From Kiritimatiellia bacterium (GTDB taxonomy: Bacteria > Verrucomicrobiota > Kiritimatiellia > CAIQIC01 > Lenti-01), in NCBI GenBank assembly GCA_040768005.1, contig JAXGNL010000009.1:1471-65470 (forward strand): a DNA stretch of 64,000 bases, read 5' to 3'. The position numbers were made by a program, and so were the translations under genes. The notes under the pieces were generated by a model. That model was given only the letters and a program-made list of their open reading frames with translations, was not told the origin of the DNA and ran no database searches. Below are positions 55,871 through 64,000 of this stretch, piece by piece. Positions within the stretch are counted from its first letter, which is position 1; every line of letters starts with the position of its first letter.

Positions 55871-56385
55871 TCTCAGGTGTCAATGGGCACGGCCGGTCAT
55901 GGGGCAATTGGTTCAGGGGAAGGCGATAAGCCCTGGGCGGCCTCTCCATCGACAAAGACTCCATCGCGCGGGACTTGGTGTTATGAGTTGCGCCTATTGG
56001 ACAATATGCGCAAGATGCAAACACCAACCCGGCGAGGGAAGACAGCGGATCTGAAAGGGCAGTTTCGTTTCCTACCAGCGCGTACTGGAGGCGGAAACGG
56101 GATTGGACCGGGCGGTTCGTAGCCGGTATCGCTGGGCGATCGGGGAGTATCTGGGCTCATTTGAAAGAGACGAAGCAGCGGGCTTCGTTGGCGACGGCGA
56201 AGGCGTATTTCGACGGGGGCGCGGGCAACGAGATGGTGCGGGAAGCCGTTCGGTGGTTCTTCATAGCGGAAGAGAGAACCAGAACCCCTGCCTCCATGAA
56301 GCGCGATGGCCTGGCTGGAAACCTGAAGGATCGAAGAAGGCAAGAAGGCCGAAGCGGCTGATGTGGCCGGGCGGCAACGGAGATT

Positions 56386-57369
56386 GTGCCGGAGCAGATG
56401 GATCGGGGAAAGGATGGATGGGAACGGCATCTGGTGGATCAGTTGCGGATCAAGCATTACCAATGGCGGACGGAACAGACCTATCGGGAACTGGGCTTGG
56501 AAGTTTGCGGATGGCTGGGAAAGAAGCAACTGGAGGAGGCGACCGGGGAGGATTTGAAGCAATATATGACGCATCTGGCGGCCGAAAAGAACGTGGCGGC
56601 CAGCACCCAACGGCAGGCCTTGAACGCCCTGGTTTTCTTCTTCCGTGAAGTGCTGGGGCGGGAGCCTGGGGATTTGACGGGGTTCCAGGCTTCACGGCGT
56701 CCGCCCAGAATCCCAACGGTGCTGACATCGGCGGAGTGCCTCCGGCTGTTTGACCAACTGGCGGGGACGACGAAACTGATGGCGCAACTGATGTATGGGG
56801 CCGGATTGCGGCTGATGGAACTGCTTCGGCTGCGGATCATGGACGTTGATCTGGAGCGGGGAATCGTAACGGTTCGCTCGGGAAAGGGAGGCAAGGATCG
56901 GGTTACGGTCCTGCCGGAATCGCTAAAGGGACCCTTGGCTCAGCATCTGGAACGGTTGCGGAAGCTGTTCGAGGAGGATCGTGCGGAAGGCGCCGCCGGG
57001 ACATGGCTACCCCCGCCAGTGGAACACAAGATTCCCAATGCCGGGAAGACTTGGGCTTGGCAATGGCTGTTTCCTTCCCGTCAGATGGCCATTGACCCCC
57101 GTTCAGGGATTCGCCGGCGCCACCATGTGCAGGATTCGGCATTCCAGACGGCGATCCGCAGGGGGGCGGAGGATGCGAAGATCGCGAAGCGGGTTACTCC
57201 GCATACGCTCCGCCACAGTTTCGCGACGCATCTATTGCAGGCGGGGCACGACATCCGTACGGTCCAGGAGTTGCTGGGCCATGCGGCCGTGGAGACGACG
57301 ATGATCTATACCCATGTGCTGAACAAACCGGGGGTGACCGTTCGCAGTCCCTTGGATGCGGGGAGATAA
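56386..57369 (+). CDS. intI: integron integrase
   Basis: 327 aa. LRIKHYQWRTEQTY, AASTQRQALNALVFFF, GLRLMELLRLRIMDVD, the IntI-specific insert EHKIPNAGKTWAWQWLFPS, HTLRHSFATHLL, ELLGHAAVETTMIYTHV. The same frame is open upstream to 56161 except for one TGA at 56359. Confidence 0.85.
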   Translation: MPEQMDRGKDGWERHLVDQLRIKHYQWRTEQTYRELGLEVCGWLGKKQLEEATGEDLKQYMTHLAAEKNVAASTQRQALNALVFFFREVLGREPGDLTGFQASRRPPRIPTVLTSAECLRLFDQLAGTTKLMAQLMYGAGLRLMELLRLRIMDVDLERGIVTVRSGKGGKDRVTVLPESLKGPLAQHLERLRKLFEEDRAEGAAGTWLPPPVEHKIPNAGKTWAWQWLFPSRQMAIDPRSGIRRRHHVQDSAFQTAIRRGAEDAKIAKRVTPHTLRHSFATHLLQAGHDIRTVQELLGHAAVETTMIYTHVLNKPGVTVRSPLDAGR

Positions 57370-57798
57370 GTGTCCGACCTGAAACGGGGCGACAAGACCG
57401 ATGCGCTTGTCGTCCGCTACGAGTCCCGGGACGGGGCCCAGCGCCTGTGGATCAACCAGATCCTGCGGACGATAAACAGCGTAGCCTTGGCCGATGCGGT
57501 CGAGATGGGAGATGAGGTGAGCGGGCGGTTTGGGAGATTGTTTGGCTGAGACCGTTTGATCTGCGGACCGGCGCAAAATATTTCAATCGCCACAGTCGTT
57601 TTCGGGGAATTCGCATGGCGAAAGCGGCCATTTTAGCCGTTCAGCGGCCTCTGTTTTATGGCCGGATCCTTCCGTGTATGACATCTATTTACAGTCAGAT
57701 ATCTGCCTGTACGCATTAGCACTGTGCATTAGCACTGAGAAAATTTATTCCAGAGATAGACTGTTAATGCGCCCGTCAATATTGGCTGAAATAAAAAA

Positions 57799-57892
57799 TG
57801 GCGGAGAGAGAGGGATTCGAACCCTCGGTACCGGTTGTTACCAGTACGACGGTTTAGCAAACCGTTGCTTTCGGCCACTCAGCCATCTCTCC
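57799..57892 (-). tRNA. tRNA-Ser (GCT)
   Basis: Reverse complement GGAGAGATGGCTGAGTGGCCGAAAGCAACGGTTTGCTAAACCGT...GAGGGTTCGAATCCCTCTCTCTCCGCCA. Long variable arm, anticodon loop TTGCTAA, CCA encoded. Confidence 0.9.
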
Positions 57893-57960
57893 GTACAGGG
57901 TGGGGGTAAGGTAGGGGATGGAGGCGGATAGGTCAAACGGGAATTCCGGAGAGGAGGGCA

Positions 57961-58159
57961 GGGGCGCATCTGCGATTCGGTGCACCCTTGGGGTCATATT
58001 GAGCGTAGGCGCGTAGCGCCGGAGTCGAAATATCTGAGCACAATCCCGATGGCCAGCCTTCGGGACCAACCCGAGATCCCTCGACTCCGCTCGGGATGAC
58101 AGCCATATAGGACTACAAGGCCTTATTGCACAGCATGCACCGAATCGCAGATGCGCCCC
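57961..58159. repeat. 199-bp unit closed by a perfect 24-bp inverted repeat
   Basis: GGGGCGCATCTGCGATTCGGTGCA (57961-57984) and TGCACCGAATCGCAGATGCGCCCC (58136-58159) are exact reverse complements, 151 bp apart. Confidence 0.8.
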
Positions 58160-58286
58160 AGGGGGCAGGCGGGAAGGGGGAGAGGTCGGAGGTCAGGGTT
58201 CAGGGTTCGGGGTTCAGGGGACAGCCGAGGTTTGATGTCCGAGGTCTTGCCACCTGCCAACAAGCAACGACCAACGGCGGGCGGGG

Positions 58287-59255
58287 TCAGCCTTCGCCGG
58301 TGATTTCGCGCAGGACGTCTTCGAGGGTGATGAGGCCGATGACTTCGTAGCGGTCGTCGGTGACGAGGAAGAGGGGGAGGCGGGTGACGCGCATGCGGGG
58401 CAGGAGGTGGTCTACGGGGAGGTAGGAAGCGACGAGCTGGGGGGGGCGCATGTAATCGGCGGCGGTCTTGGCGTCGGAGGCCGCGTCGGAGAGGATGTCG
58501 AAGACGTGCACGACGCCGACGAAGGCCTGCTGGGCTGGATCGTACACGGGCAGGCGGTTGAATTCGCGGCGGCGTGCGAGGTCGAGGATTTCCGTGGCGG
58601 TGGCGGTGACGGGGACGAAGGCCATCTGGTCGCGGGGGGTCATGAGGGCGCCGCAGGTCTTGTGGGTGAGGTCGAAGACGCCGTGGATCATTTGGGATTC
58701 GTGGGAGGTGAGGACGCCGGAGCGGGCGCCTTCGCGGGCGAGATGCAGGAGTTCTTCGCGGCTGACGAGCATTTTGCCTTCGACCTGGCGGCCCGCGCCG
58801 CGGGGCATGAGCCCGCGCAGGATGGCGTTGACGAGGAAGGTGACGGGGAAGAGGAGCCAGGCGGCGGTTTTCAGCAGGCCGGCGAGGGGCAGGACGCGGC
58901 GGGCGGGGGCGGCCTGGAAGAAGGCCTTGGGGATGTATTCGCAGCCGACGAGGATGACGGTGACGAGCAGGACGCCGGCGGCGGCGGCGCCGAGGGGGCC
59001 GTAGAGGCGGTGGCCGATGGCGGCGGCGAGGACGGAGCTGACGACGTGCAGGAGGTTGGTGGCGATGAGGGTGGTGCCCAGCAGGCGGTCGGGGTGGGCC
59101 AGGAAGTGGCGGATGGTCTGGGCGCCGGGGACCTGGCGGCGGACGAGATGCTGCAGCCGCAGGCGGTTGATGGCGATGATGCCGGTCTCCATGCCGGCGA
59201 AGAAGGCGGCGCCCAGCAGGCAGGCCAGCAGCAGGATGAGCTGGGAGGCGATCAC
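58287..59255 (-). CDS. CNNM/DUF21-CBS domain membrane protein
   Basis: 322 aa. FFAGMETGIIAINRLRLQHL (DUF21) and a CBS pair. Lacks the CorC_HlyC tail. Confidence 0.8.
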   Translation of the reverse strand: MIASQLILLLACLLGAAFFAGMETGIIAINRLRLQHLVRRQVPGAQTIRHFLAHPDRLLGTTLIATNLLHVVSSVLAAAIGHRLYGPLGAAAAGVLLVTVILVGCEYIPKAFFQAAPARRVLPLAGLLKTAAWLLFPVTFLVNAILRGLMPRGAGRQVEGKMLVSREELLHLAREGARSGVLTSHESQMIHGVFDLTHKTCGALMTPRDQMAFVPVTATATEILDLARRREFNRLPVYDPAQQAFVGVVHVFDILSDAASDAKTAADYMRPPQLVASYLPVDHLLPRMRVTRLPLFLVTDDRYEVIGLITLEDVLREITGEG

Positions 59256-60493
59256 GCGGGGCCTGCCTTGGGGGGGTCGAGTTTTTCGATGTGGGCGAGA
59301 GTGACGCGCAGGCGGATGGTCTGCATGACGCGCACGCGCACGCCCTGGGCTTCGACGACATCGTCCTGCCTGGGGACGGCGCCGAGGCGTTCGGTGATCC
59401 AGCCGGCGAGGCGGTCGGAGGTCTCGGCGTCGAGGTCGAGGCGGAGCTTGCGGTTGATTTCCTCGAGGGAGATGTTGGCGTCCACGAGCCAGGCGTAGGG
59501 GCCGGCGGACTGGAAGATGGGGCGGGGTTTGGAGAGCTCGTTGTAGATGTCGCCGGTGATTTCCTCGAGAATGTCGCCGCGGGTGACGAGGCCGGCGACG
59601 CCCCCGTATTCGTCCACGACGATCGCGATGCGGATCTGGTCTTTCTGGAACCGGCTGAGCAGGCGGTTGAGGGGGACGCCTTCGGGCACGAACACGGGGG
59701 GCAGGGTGGCGGCGGCGACGGAATGGGCGGGGTCGAGCAGGAATTTGCGGACGTTGAGGAAGCCGGCGATTTCGTCGAACTGGTCGCGGTAGAGGATGAG
59801 GAAGTTGCGGCGGGATTGGCGGGCAATGGCCACCGGATCTTCGTCGGGGTCGTCGAGGTCGATGCCGATGAAATCGACGCGGGGGGTCATGACGTCGGAG
59901 GCGTGGAGGTCTTCGAGATCCACGATGGCCTTGATCATGGCGAGTTCGTCGGCGTTGAGGATGCCTTCCTCGCGGGAGATGTCGAGGACGGTTTCGAATT
60001 CCTCCTCGGAGAGGGTTTTGCCGACGGGGCGGAAGAGGTGGGCGAGGCGGCGGCTGGCGCGGTCGAGGGCGGCGCGCGGGGGGGCGAGAAGGATTTCGGC
60101 GGCGCGCAGGACGGGGACGTAGACGCGGGCAAGGGCGGCGGTGTAGAGCAGGCCGAGGTTTTTGGGGCCGATTTCGCCGAAGAAGATGAGCAGGAGGGTG
60201 ATGGCGGGGATGGCGACGAGTTCGCTGCAGGCGGGGGTCCAGAGGCGGGCGAGGGCATAGCCGACGTTGGAGAGGCTGATGTTGACGAGGGTGTTGCCGA
60301 TCAGGATGGTGGAGAGCAGGCGGGTGGGGGAGGCCAGGAGCTGCCGGAGGCGCTCGCCGGTGGCGGCGTGTTTTTCGCCGATGCGACGGAGCTGGATGGG
60401 GTCAATGGAGAAATAGACGGTTTCGGCGCTGGAGAAGAAGGCGGAGCACGCCAGCAGCAGCAGGAACAGAATGACCAGCAGGGTCGCCATCAC
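59252..60493 (-). CDS. hemolysin-family protein (DUF21-CBS-CorC_HlyC, TlyC-like)
   Basis: 413 aa. FFSSAETVYFSI..., CBS pair, IAIVVDEYGGVAGLVTRGDILEEI, C-terminal transporter-associated domain. Confidence 0.85.
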   Translation of the reverse strand: MMATLLVILFLLLLACSAFFSSAETVYFSIDPIQLRRIGEKHAATGERLRQLLASPTRLLSTILIGNTLVNISLSNVGYALARLWTPACSELVAIPAITLLLIFFGEIGPKNLGLLYTAALARVYVPVLRAAEILLAPPRAALDRASRRLAHLFRPVGKTLSEEEFETVLDISREEGILNADELAMIKAIVDLEDLHASDVMTPRVDFIGIDLDDPDEDPVAIARQSRRNFLILYRDQFDEIAGFLNVRKFLLDPAHSVAAATLPPVFVPEGVPLNRLLSRFQKDQIRIAIVVDEYGGVAGLVTRGDILEEITGDIYNELSKPRPIFQSAGPYAWLVDANISLEEINRKLRLDLDAETSDRLAGWITERLGAVPRQDDVVEAQGVRVRVMQTIRLRVTLAHIEKLDPPKAGPA

Positions 60494-60580
60494 CGGCGCC
60501 TTCCGGCGGGAGGTTCTTCGGGGTCGTGGGCTTCAGGTTTCACTTTTCGCATTCGAATACGGGGCGTATAGTAAAGGGTC

Positions 60581-60979
60581 ATGGTCAAAATATCCATCAC
60601 AACTTCCCGGCGGACGGAATGGGTGCCGGTGACGCGGGCGATCCAGCGGGCGCTGGAAGGGGTTCCGGCATGGGACGGGCTGCTGCACGTGCACTCGCCG
60701 CATACCACGGCCGGGGTCACCGTGAACGAGCAGGCGGACCCGGACGTGGCGGCGGACATGGAGAAGGCCTTCGCCCGGCTGATTCCCTGGAACGCGGGCT
60801 ATGCCCATGCCGAGGGCAATTCGGCGGCGCATATCCAGACGGCGCTGGTGGGCACGTCGGTCCTGGTGCCCGTGAAGGCGGGGCGGCCGGCCATGGGAAC
60901 CTGGCAGGGGATTTTTCTGTGCGAATTCGACGGGCCGCGAACCCGTGAACTCTGGCTGACGCCGGTGAAGGAGGCGTGA
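60581..60979 (+). CDS. yjbQ: YjbQ/UPF0047 family (secondary thiamine-phosphate synthase) protein
   Basis: 132 aa. LLHVHSPHTTAGVTVNEQADPDV..., EGNSAAHIQTALVGTS..., GTWQGIFLCEFDGPR. Confidence 0.85.
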   Translation: MVKISITTSRRTEWVPVTRAIQRALEGVPAWDGLLHVHSPHTTAGVTVNEQADPDVAADMEKAFARLIPWNAGYAHAEGNSAAHIQTALVGTSVLVPVKAGRPAMGTWQGIFLCEFDGPRTRELWLTPVKEA

Positions 60980-60984
60980 TGAGA

Positions 60985-61096
60985 GGGAGGCAGGGGACAG
61001 AGGGCAGGGGACAGAGGACAGAGGGCAGAGGACAGAGGACAGAGGGCAGAGGACAGAGGACAGAGGGCAGGGGACAGAGGACAGAGGACAGAGGGG
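60985..61096. repeat. GGACAGAG-type tandem repeat block
   Basis: About 13 consecutive 8-mers GGACAGAG/GGGCAGAG/GGGCAGGG on the plus strand, between convergent gene ends. Confidence 0.9.
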
Positions 61097-61097
61097 G

Positions 61098-61799
61098 CTA
61101 GGGGGAGGGAGCGGACTGAAGGCTCTGGAGGTAGTCCTGATCCTCCCGGGAGAGGAGATGGCACTGAATCTGCACCTTGCCTCCGTCCTTCCTGCGAAGG
61201 GCGGCGGTTCCGTTTTGCACATGGACCAGGGCCGCCTCGAGCGTGGCGCCGGATTGGGACGTCCAGATTCTGCACTCGCGGTCCATGGCGGGCGGGACAG
61301 TGAACGACGTCAGGCCGGGGGCGGGCGCGGCGGGGCGCATCAGGGCGGGATGCCGTTCGGGTTTGGGCAGGCTCCTCAGGGCATCCTTGAGCAAACGGTC
61401 CTGTTCCGGGCTCTGGGCATACGGAACGGTTGCGAGCAAACGGGTCAGGGCGGCATCCATGATGACCGTCTTGGGAATGAACCGGCCCGCTTCGGGCGCC
61501 CGCAGCGCCTGCTGGACCACGTCGGGCAGGCTCTGCGACCCCTCCCGCGAGGACACATAGACGACCACGGTCTTCGAGCCCAGTTTATCCGCCGCGTTCA
61601 GGCTGGCGCCCGCGCACAGACCGCACGACGTGGTCTCGTCGGTATAGATGATCGTGATGGGTTTCCCCTTTGATTCCGCCTCGGCCTGGGCCTTTTCCAG
61701 TTCGGCAATGCGGTACACCTTTTTCGGCAGCGTGAACTCCGCCGGGGCGTTGCCCGCGATCAGCAGCACCGCGGTGCAGAGTGCGAATGTTTTCTTCAT
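61098..61799 (-). CDS. secreted thioredoxin-like / SHD1-domain protein
   Basis: ATG 61799: MKKTFALCTAVLLIAGNAPA signal peptide. C-terminal RIWTSQSGATLEAALVHVQNGTAALRRKDGGKVQIQCHLLSREDQDYL resembles an SLA1-homology (SHD1) domain. Confidence 0.7.
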   Translation of the reverse strand: MKKTFALCTAVLLIAGNAPAEFTLPKKVYRIAELEKAQAEAESKGKPITIIYTDETTSCGLCAGASLNAADKLGSKTVVVYVSSREGSQSLPDVVQQALRAPEAGRFIPKTVIMDAALTRLLATVPYAQSPEQDRLLKDALRSLPKPERHPALMRPAAPAPGLTSFTVPPAMDRECRIWTSQSGATLEAALVHVQNGTAALRRKDGGKVQIQCHLLSREDQDYLQSLQSAPSP

Positions 61800-61842
61800 G
61801 GCTGTTCCTTTGGGGGGTTGGAGAGAGGGGGGGGAGGGGGAG

Positions 61843-61876
61843 AGCAGAGGACAGAGGACAGAGGACAGAGGGCAGC
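61843..61876. repeat. GGACAGAG-type tandem repeat block (short)
   Basis: GCAGAGGACAGAGGACAGAGGACAGAGGGCAG, same strand polarity as 60985-61096. Followed by a CCGAGGTCCGAAGTCCGAGG and CCACC/CCAAC low-complexity tract. Confidence 0.85.
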
Positions 61877-62070
61877 CCGAGGACGAAGGACTGATGACGG
61901 AAGACGGAGGACCGAGGTCCGAAGTCCGAGGTTGGAAGTCCGCCCACCCACCATCAACCACCGACCACCAACAACCAACTGAGAACAGAAGAACGGATCC
62001 CGACCTCTTGCCGAGTCGGGACGGATTTCGCGGATGGGGACCATTGGATCGAATCCGTGCAGTTCAGGGT

Positions 62071-62346
62071 TCATATTATAAACAGAATAACGACGGCGCC
62101 GATGATTAACACCGTCCACCAGGCGGTTCCCTCGGTTTTGGACAGCAGGACAAAGATTGTGCTGCTCACGGCAAATCCGATTGCCGTGGAGAGAAGCAGA
62201 TGGCGATAGGTGGCTTGCCCCGCCTGAACGGACAGAAACCCCATGGCGAGGATCAGAAACGCATACAGACTGGAACAAAGGAACGGCTTGTCCGTGGCGA
62301 TCAGCAATCGGACCAAGGCGGCATAGAACAGCGCGTTAATCATCAC
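62071..62346 (-). CDS. small membrane protein
   Basis: 91 aa with three hydrophobic helices. Confidence 0.5.
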   Translation of the reverse strand: MMINALFYAALVRLLIATDKPFLCSSLYAFLILAMGFLSVQAGQATYRHLLLSTAIGFAVSSTIFVLLSKTEGTAWWTVLIIGAVVILFII

Positions 62347-62373
62347 ACACTCTCTCCTCTTGTTCTCAAAGCG

Positions 62374-62763
62374 CTAGCCGGGCGGGGTGGGATTTTTCTC
62401 CAGTTCCTGGATGCGCTGGCGGAGGCGGCGGTTTTCTTCGGCCAGGTCGGGTGGGGGCAATGGGGCGGAAGGGGACTTGATCTGGATCAAGTGATCGTTC
62501 GTCAGATAGACGCCGCTGAGCATGGAGGTTTTGACGTGGGCCTGATGCAGGTTGCCTTCGCAATCCCGGTACACGATCTGATAGATGCGGGAGTCCTTCT
62601 CGCCGAACCAGCCCGGTCCGAACGGCCTCCAACGACGATCCACCAGTTCCCATCCCCGCGCCCGGACATACTGCTCCACCCGGCCGCCATCCAGCCCGCC
62701 GGCAATCAGACGGAAAACAATGGCCAGCAGAATGAATCCGCCGAATACGAACAGGGGTTCCAT
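62374..62763 (-). CDS. membrane-anchored hypothetical protein
   Basis: 129 aa. N-terminal TM helix, then ...RARGWELVDRRWRPFGPGWFGEKDSRIYQIVYRD... and a C-terminal coiled-coil-like tail. Confidence 0.55.
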   Translation of the reverse strand: MEPLFVFGGFILLAIVFRLIAGGLDGGRVEQYVRARGWELVDRRWRPFGPGWFGEKDSRIYQIVYRDCEGNLHQAHVKTSMLSGVYLTNDHLIQIKSPSAPLPPPDLAEENRRLRQRIQELEKNPTPPG

Positions 62764-62765
62764 GG

Positions 62766-64000
62766 TTATGCTTTTCCTGGCGTTGCGTTACTCCGCAGGC
62801 GCGGCCTTAAGGGCATTGCATGCAGGGGATTGTTCGGTTTTTTTTCCTGCTTCTCAAGCCGATTCTTCATGGACCAGGCGGCCTGGTCTCTGACGTCTTC
62901 ATCCGGATCGTCAAGATACCGGGCGATGATTTCATATCGATCGGGAACGGAACTCCGCGACAAAGTCCGGATGGCAGACCACCTTGGACCGTCGACTCGT
63001 CCATCGAGGATGCTAAGGAGGAATTCGCGGGACGCCTCGGTCGCTGTCCAACCGAGGTAGAACAACAGACTGCGCTTCACCTCGTCGCATTCTTCGCTCC
63101 GGTAAGCCCGGAGCAACGCCTCCTCTGCGGCGGGCACGCGGGAGTAGGCAAGAATGCACGCCGCAGTTTCTCTGGCCGCAGGGCTTGCATCGGACAGATG
63201 CTGCAGCAGGAAGTCGTCAAAATCGTCTCCCAGAACCTGTTTCAGCGCAGGCGTTGCCTCAAAGTGGCCGTTGAAAGCGAAATGCGCCGCCCGCAGAATC
63301 CGTTTGGGGGAAGTCGAATGGCTGATGACCCAGTCGGGCCGCCATGCCGGCAGCATGACATAGGCAACCGCAGCGAACAGGCATCCTGCCGCCAAACCGG
63401 CAGCCAGCAGCGCGCGGCGGTGCTTGCTCGACCATCGTCCGACGGCCCGAAAGGGAAGCGAGACACAACGGGCGATGCGCTTCACCCGATCGCCGACCCC
63501 TTTTCTCCTCCAGCCCAGCACCACGAGCCCTGCCAGAACGGGAATGGCGACAAGCGCCCATGCCGCCGCCTGAAACCCGAGAGAGCGAAGTGGCGGTGTC
63601 CGACGGGAGGTATCGTCCGATTCCTTGCCAAAGGCAAGGATTCCGACACCCTCATGCCTTGGGAAGGCGGCATTCCATTTCGTGTATTGCATGAGCCCGA
63701 TTCTGACCGGGTCAGACGAGAGGGCGGGGGGATTCGAGACGGCAAAGGCCGTCTGGTTGAAGCCGGAATCGCGCAGCCAGCGAAAAGCGTTGTAGTGAAA
63801 GTAAGACGGGAATGCCCCGGGGGCGTTGGTTCCCTGAGGGCCGCCCCAGAGCGTATTCCATGTGTTGTGTCCCAGCACCTCCAGCAACGGCACGATGTCT
63901 GCGGGCTGCGGAGGAAGGTGGACGATTACGCCCCGTTGCGCGAAGCCGTCCCGTATCCATTCTTCCTGTGTCTGGTCGCGGTGGGCATCCGCCCACTCCT
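62766..64000 (-). CDS. membrane protein with C-terminal HEAT-like repeats, 5' end off window
   Basis: The frame is open to the window edge (EWADAHRDQTQEEWIRDGFAQRGVIVHLPPQPADIVPLLEVLGHNTW...). Two TM helices mid-protein. HEAT-like PAARETAACILAYSRVPAAEEALLRAYRSEECDEVKRS. Confidence 0.6.
   Translation of the reverse strand, partial: EWADAHRDQTQEEWIRDGFAQRGVIVHLPPQPADIVPLLEVLGHNTWNTLWGGPQGTNAPGAFPSYFHYNAFRWLRDSGFNQTAFAVSNPPALSSDPVRIGLMQYTKWNAAFPRHEGVGILAFGKESDDTSRRTPPLRSLGFQAAAWALVAIPVLAGLVVLGWRRKGVGDRVKRIARCVSLPFRAVGRWSSKHRRALLAAGLAAGCLFAAVAYVMLPAWRPDWVISHSTSPKRILRAAHFAFNGHFEATPALKQVLGDDFDDFLLQHLSDASPAARETAACILAYSRVPAAEEALLRAYRSEECDEVKRSLLFYLGWTATEASREFLLSILDGRVDGPRWSAIRTLSRSSVPDRYEIIARYLDDPDEDVRDQAAWSMKNRLEKQEKKPNNPLHAMPLRPRLRSNATPGKA

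Larger units (their letters stand above)
45251..57369. mobile_element. chromosomal integron (intI, attI-like junction, about 14 cassettes)
   Basis: IntI-type recombinase on the + strand. 12 clear attC sites plus one candidate, with AAC...GTT boxes and internal imperfect palindromes. Cassette ORFs are all on the - strand. Visible drop in GC relative to the flanks. Confidence 0.85.

Noticed and set aside
41689-56361. Stop-codon reassignment or programmed recoding as an explanation for the in-frame TAG/TGA codons (41689, 50518, 56359, 11127).
   Set aside because: TGA, TAG and TAA all terminate well-defined genes in this window at positions matching homologue lengths (ileS TGA, thiE TAG, mazG-like TAA). 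The in-frame stops co-occur with ordinary frame breaks. Mutation or sequence error is more parsimonious.
55981-56648. ORFs 55981-56610 (minus) and 56103-56648 (plus) overlapping the intI 5' region.
   Set aside because: The translations are low-complexity and overlap the intI frame. Only a short stretch of the plus ORF (RYRWAIGEYLG) looks protein-like, and it is discussed as a possible shifted intI N-terminus.
57370-57549. 59-codon GTG-initiated ORF directly after intI (VSDLKRGDKTDALVVRYESRDGAQRLWINQILRTINSVALADAVEMGDEVSGRFGRLFG).
   Set aside because: It has no RBS, no recognisable family, and is below the ORF-track cutoff. It could be a gene fragment, but I cannot support it.
57854-58350. 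Two small ORFs (57854-58069 minus, 58126-58350 plus) with similar peptides (HRIADAP).
   Set aside because: The similarity is produced by translating the two arms of the 24-bp inverted repeat. There are no coding features.
60985-61096. Regular short repeats that could suggest a CRISPR array.
   Set aside because: The units are contiguous 8-mers with no spacers and no cas genes nearby. This is a simple tandem repeat.

Overview
High-GC (roughly 65%) bacterial chromosome segment. Domain types suggest a PVC-type lineage (Verrucomicrobiota, Kiritimatiellota or Planctomycetota), but that is inference only. The core is housekeeping genes: a partial DAHP synthase, ileS, leuS, pfk, a P-type ATPase, a DinG-like helicase, ettA, rnd, tRNA-Cys, tRNA-Ser, and a TPP-riboswitch-controlled cytX-thiM-thiE-thiD operon. 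Three things stand out. (1) A complete 14-gene Mrp-Mbh type membrane-bound [NiFe]-hydrogenase cluster sits at 8742-16991 on the minus strand, in the same gene order as Pyrococcus mbhA-N. As read, its catalytic subunit mbhL and ferredoxin subunit mbhN are frame-disrupted. (2) A lower-GC accessory block of about 12 kb (45251-57369) is a chromosomal integron next to tRNA-Ser. It has an integron-integrase gene, an attI-like junction, 12 clear attC sites plus one candidate, and cassette ORFs all antisense to intI. Cargo includes higBA, secreted and membrane proteins of unknown function, a cadherin-like repeat protein, a DUF805 fusion and a PD-(D/E)XK-like protein. A full group IIC-attC-type intron is inserted in one attC, antisense to the cassettes. 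A second, ORF-less and 5'-truncated intron remnant lies near the distal end of the array. (3) Several families of short dispersed elements occur in the core: a triple-palindrome element at two loci, an AT-rich palindromic element at two loci, a GxxExxY gene bounded by 28-bp inverted repeats, a 24-bp perfect inverted repeat enclosing 151 bp, GGACAGAG-type purine tandem blocks, and one repeat unit embedded in frame inside ileS. There are unusually many frame breaks and in-frame stops in otherwise recognisable genes. From sequence alone I cannot tell real decay from consensus indel errors. Most long ORFs in the supplied track that lie antisense to these genes are GC-driven shadow ORFs.
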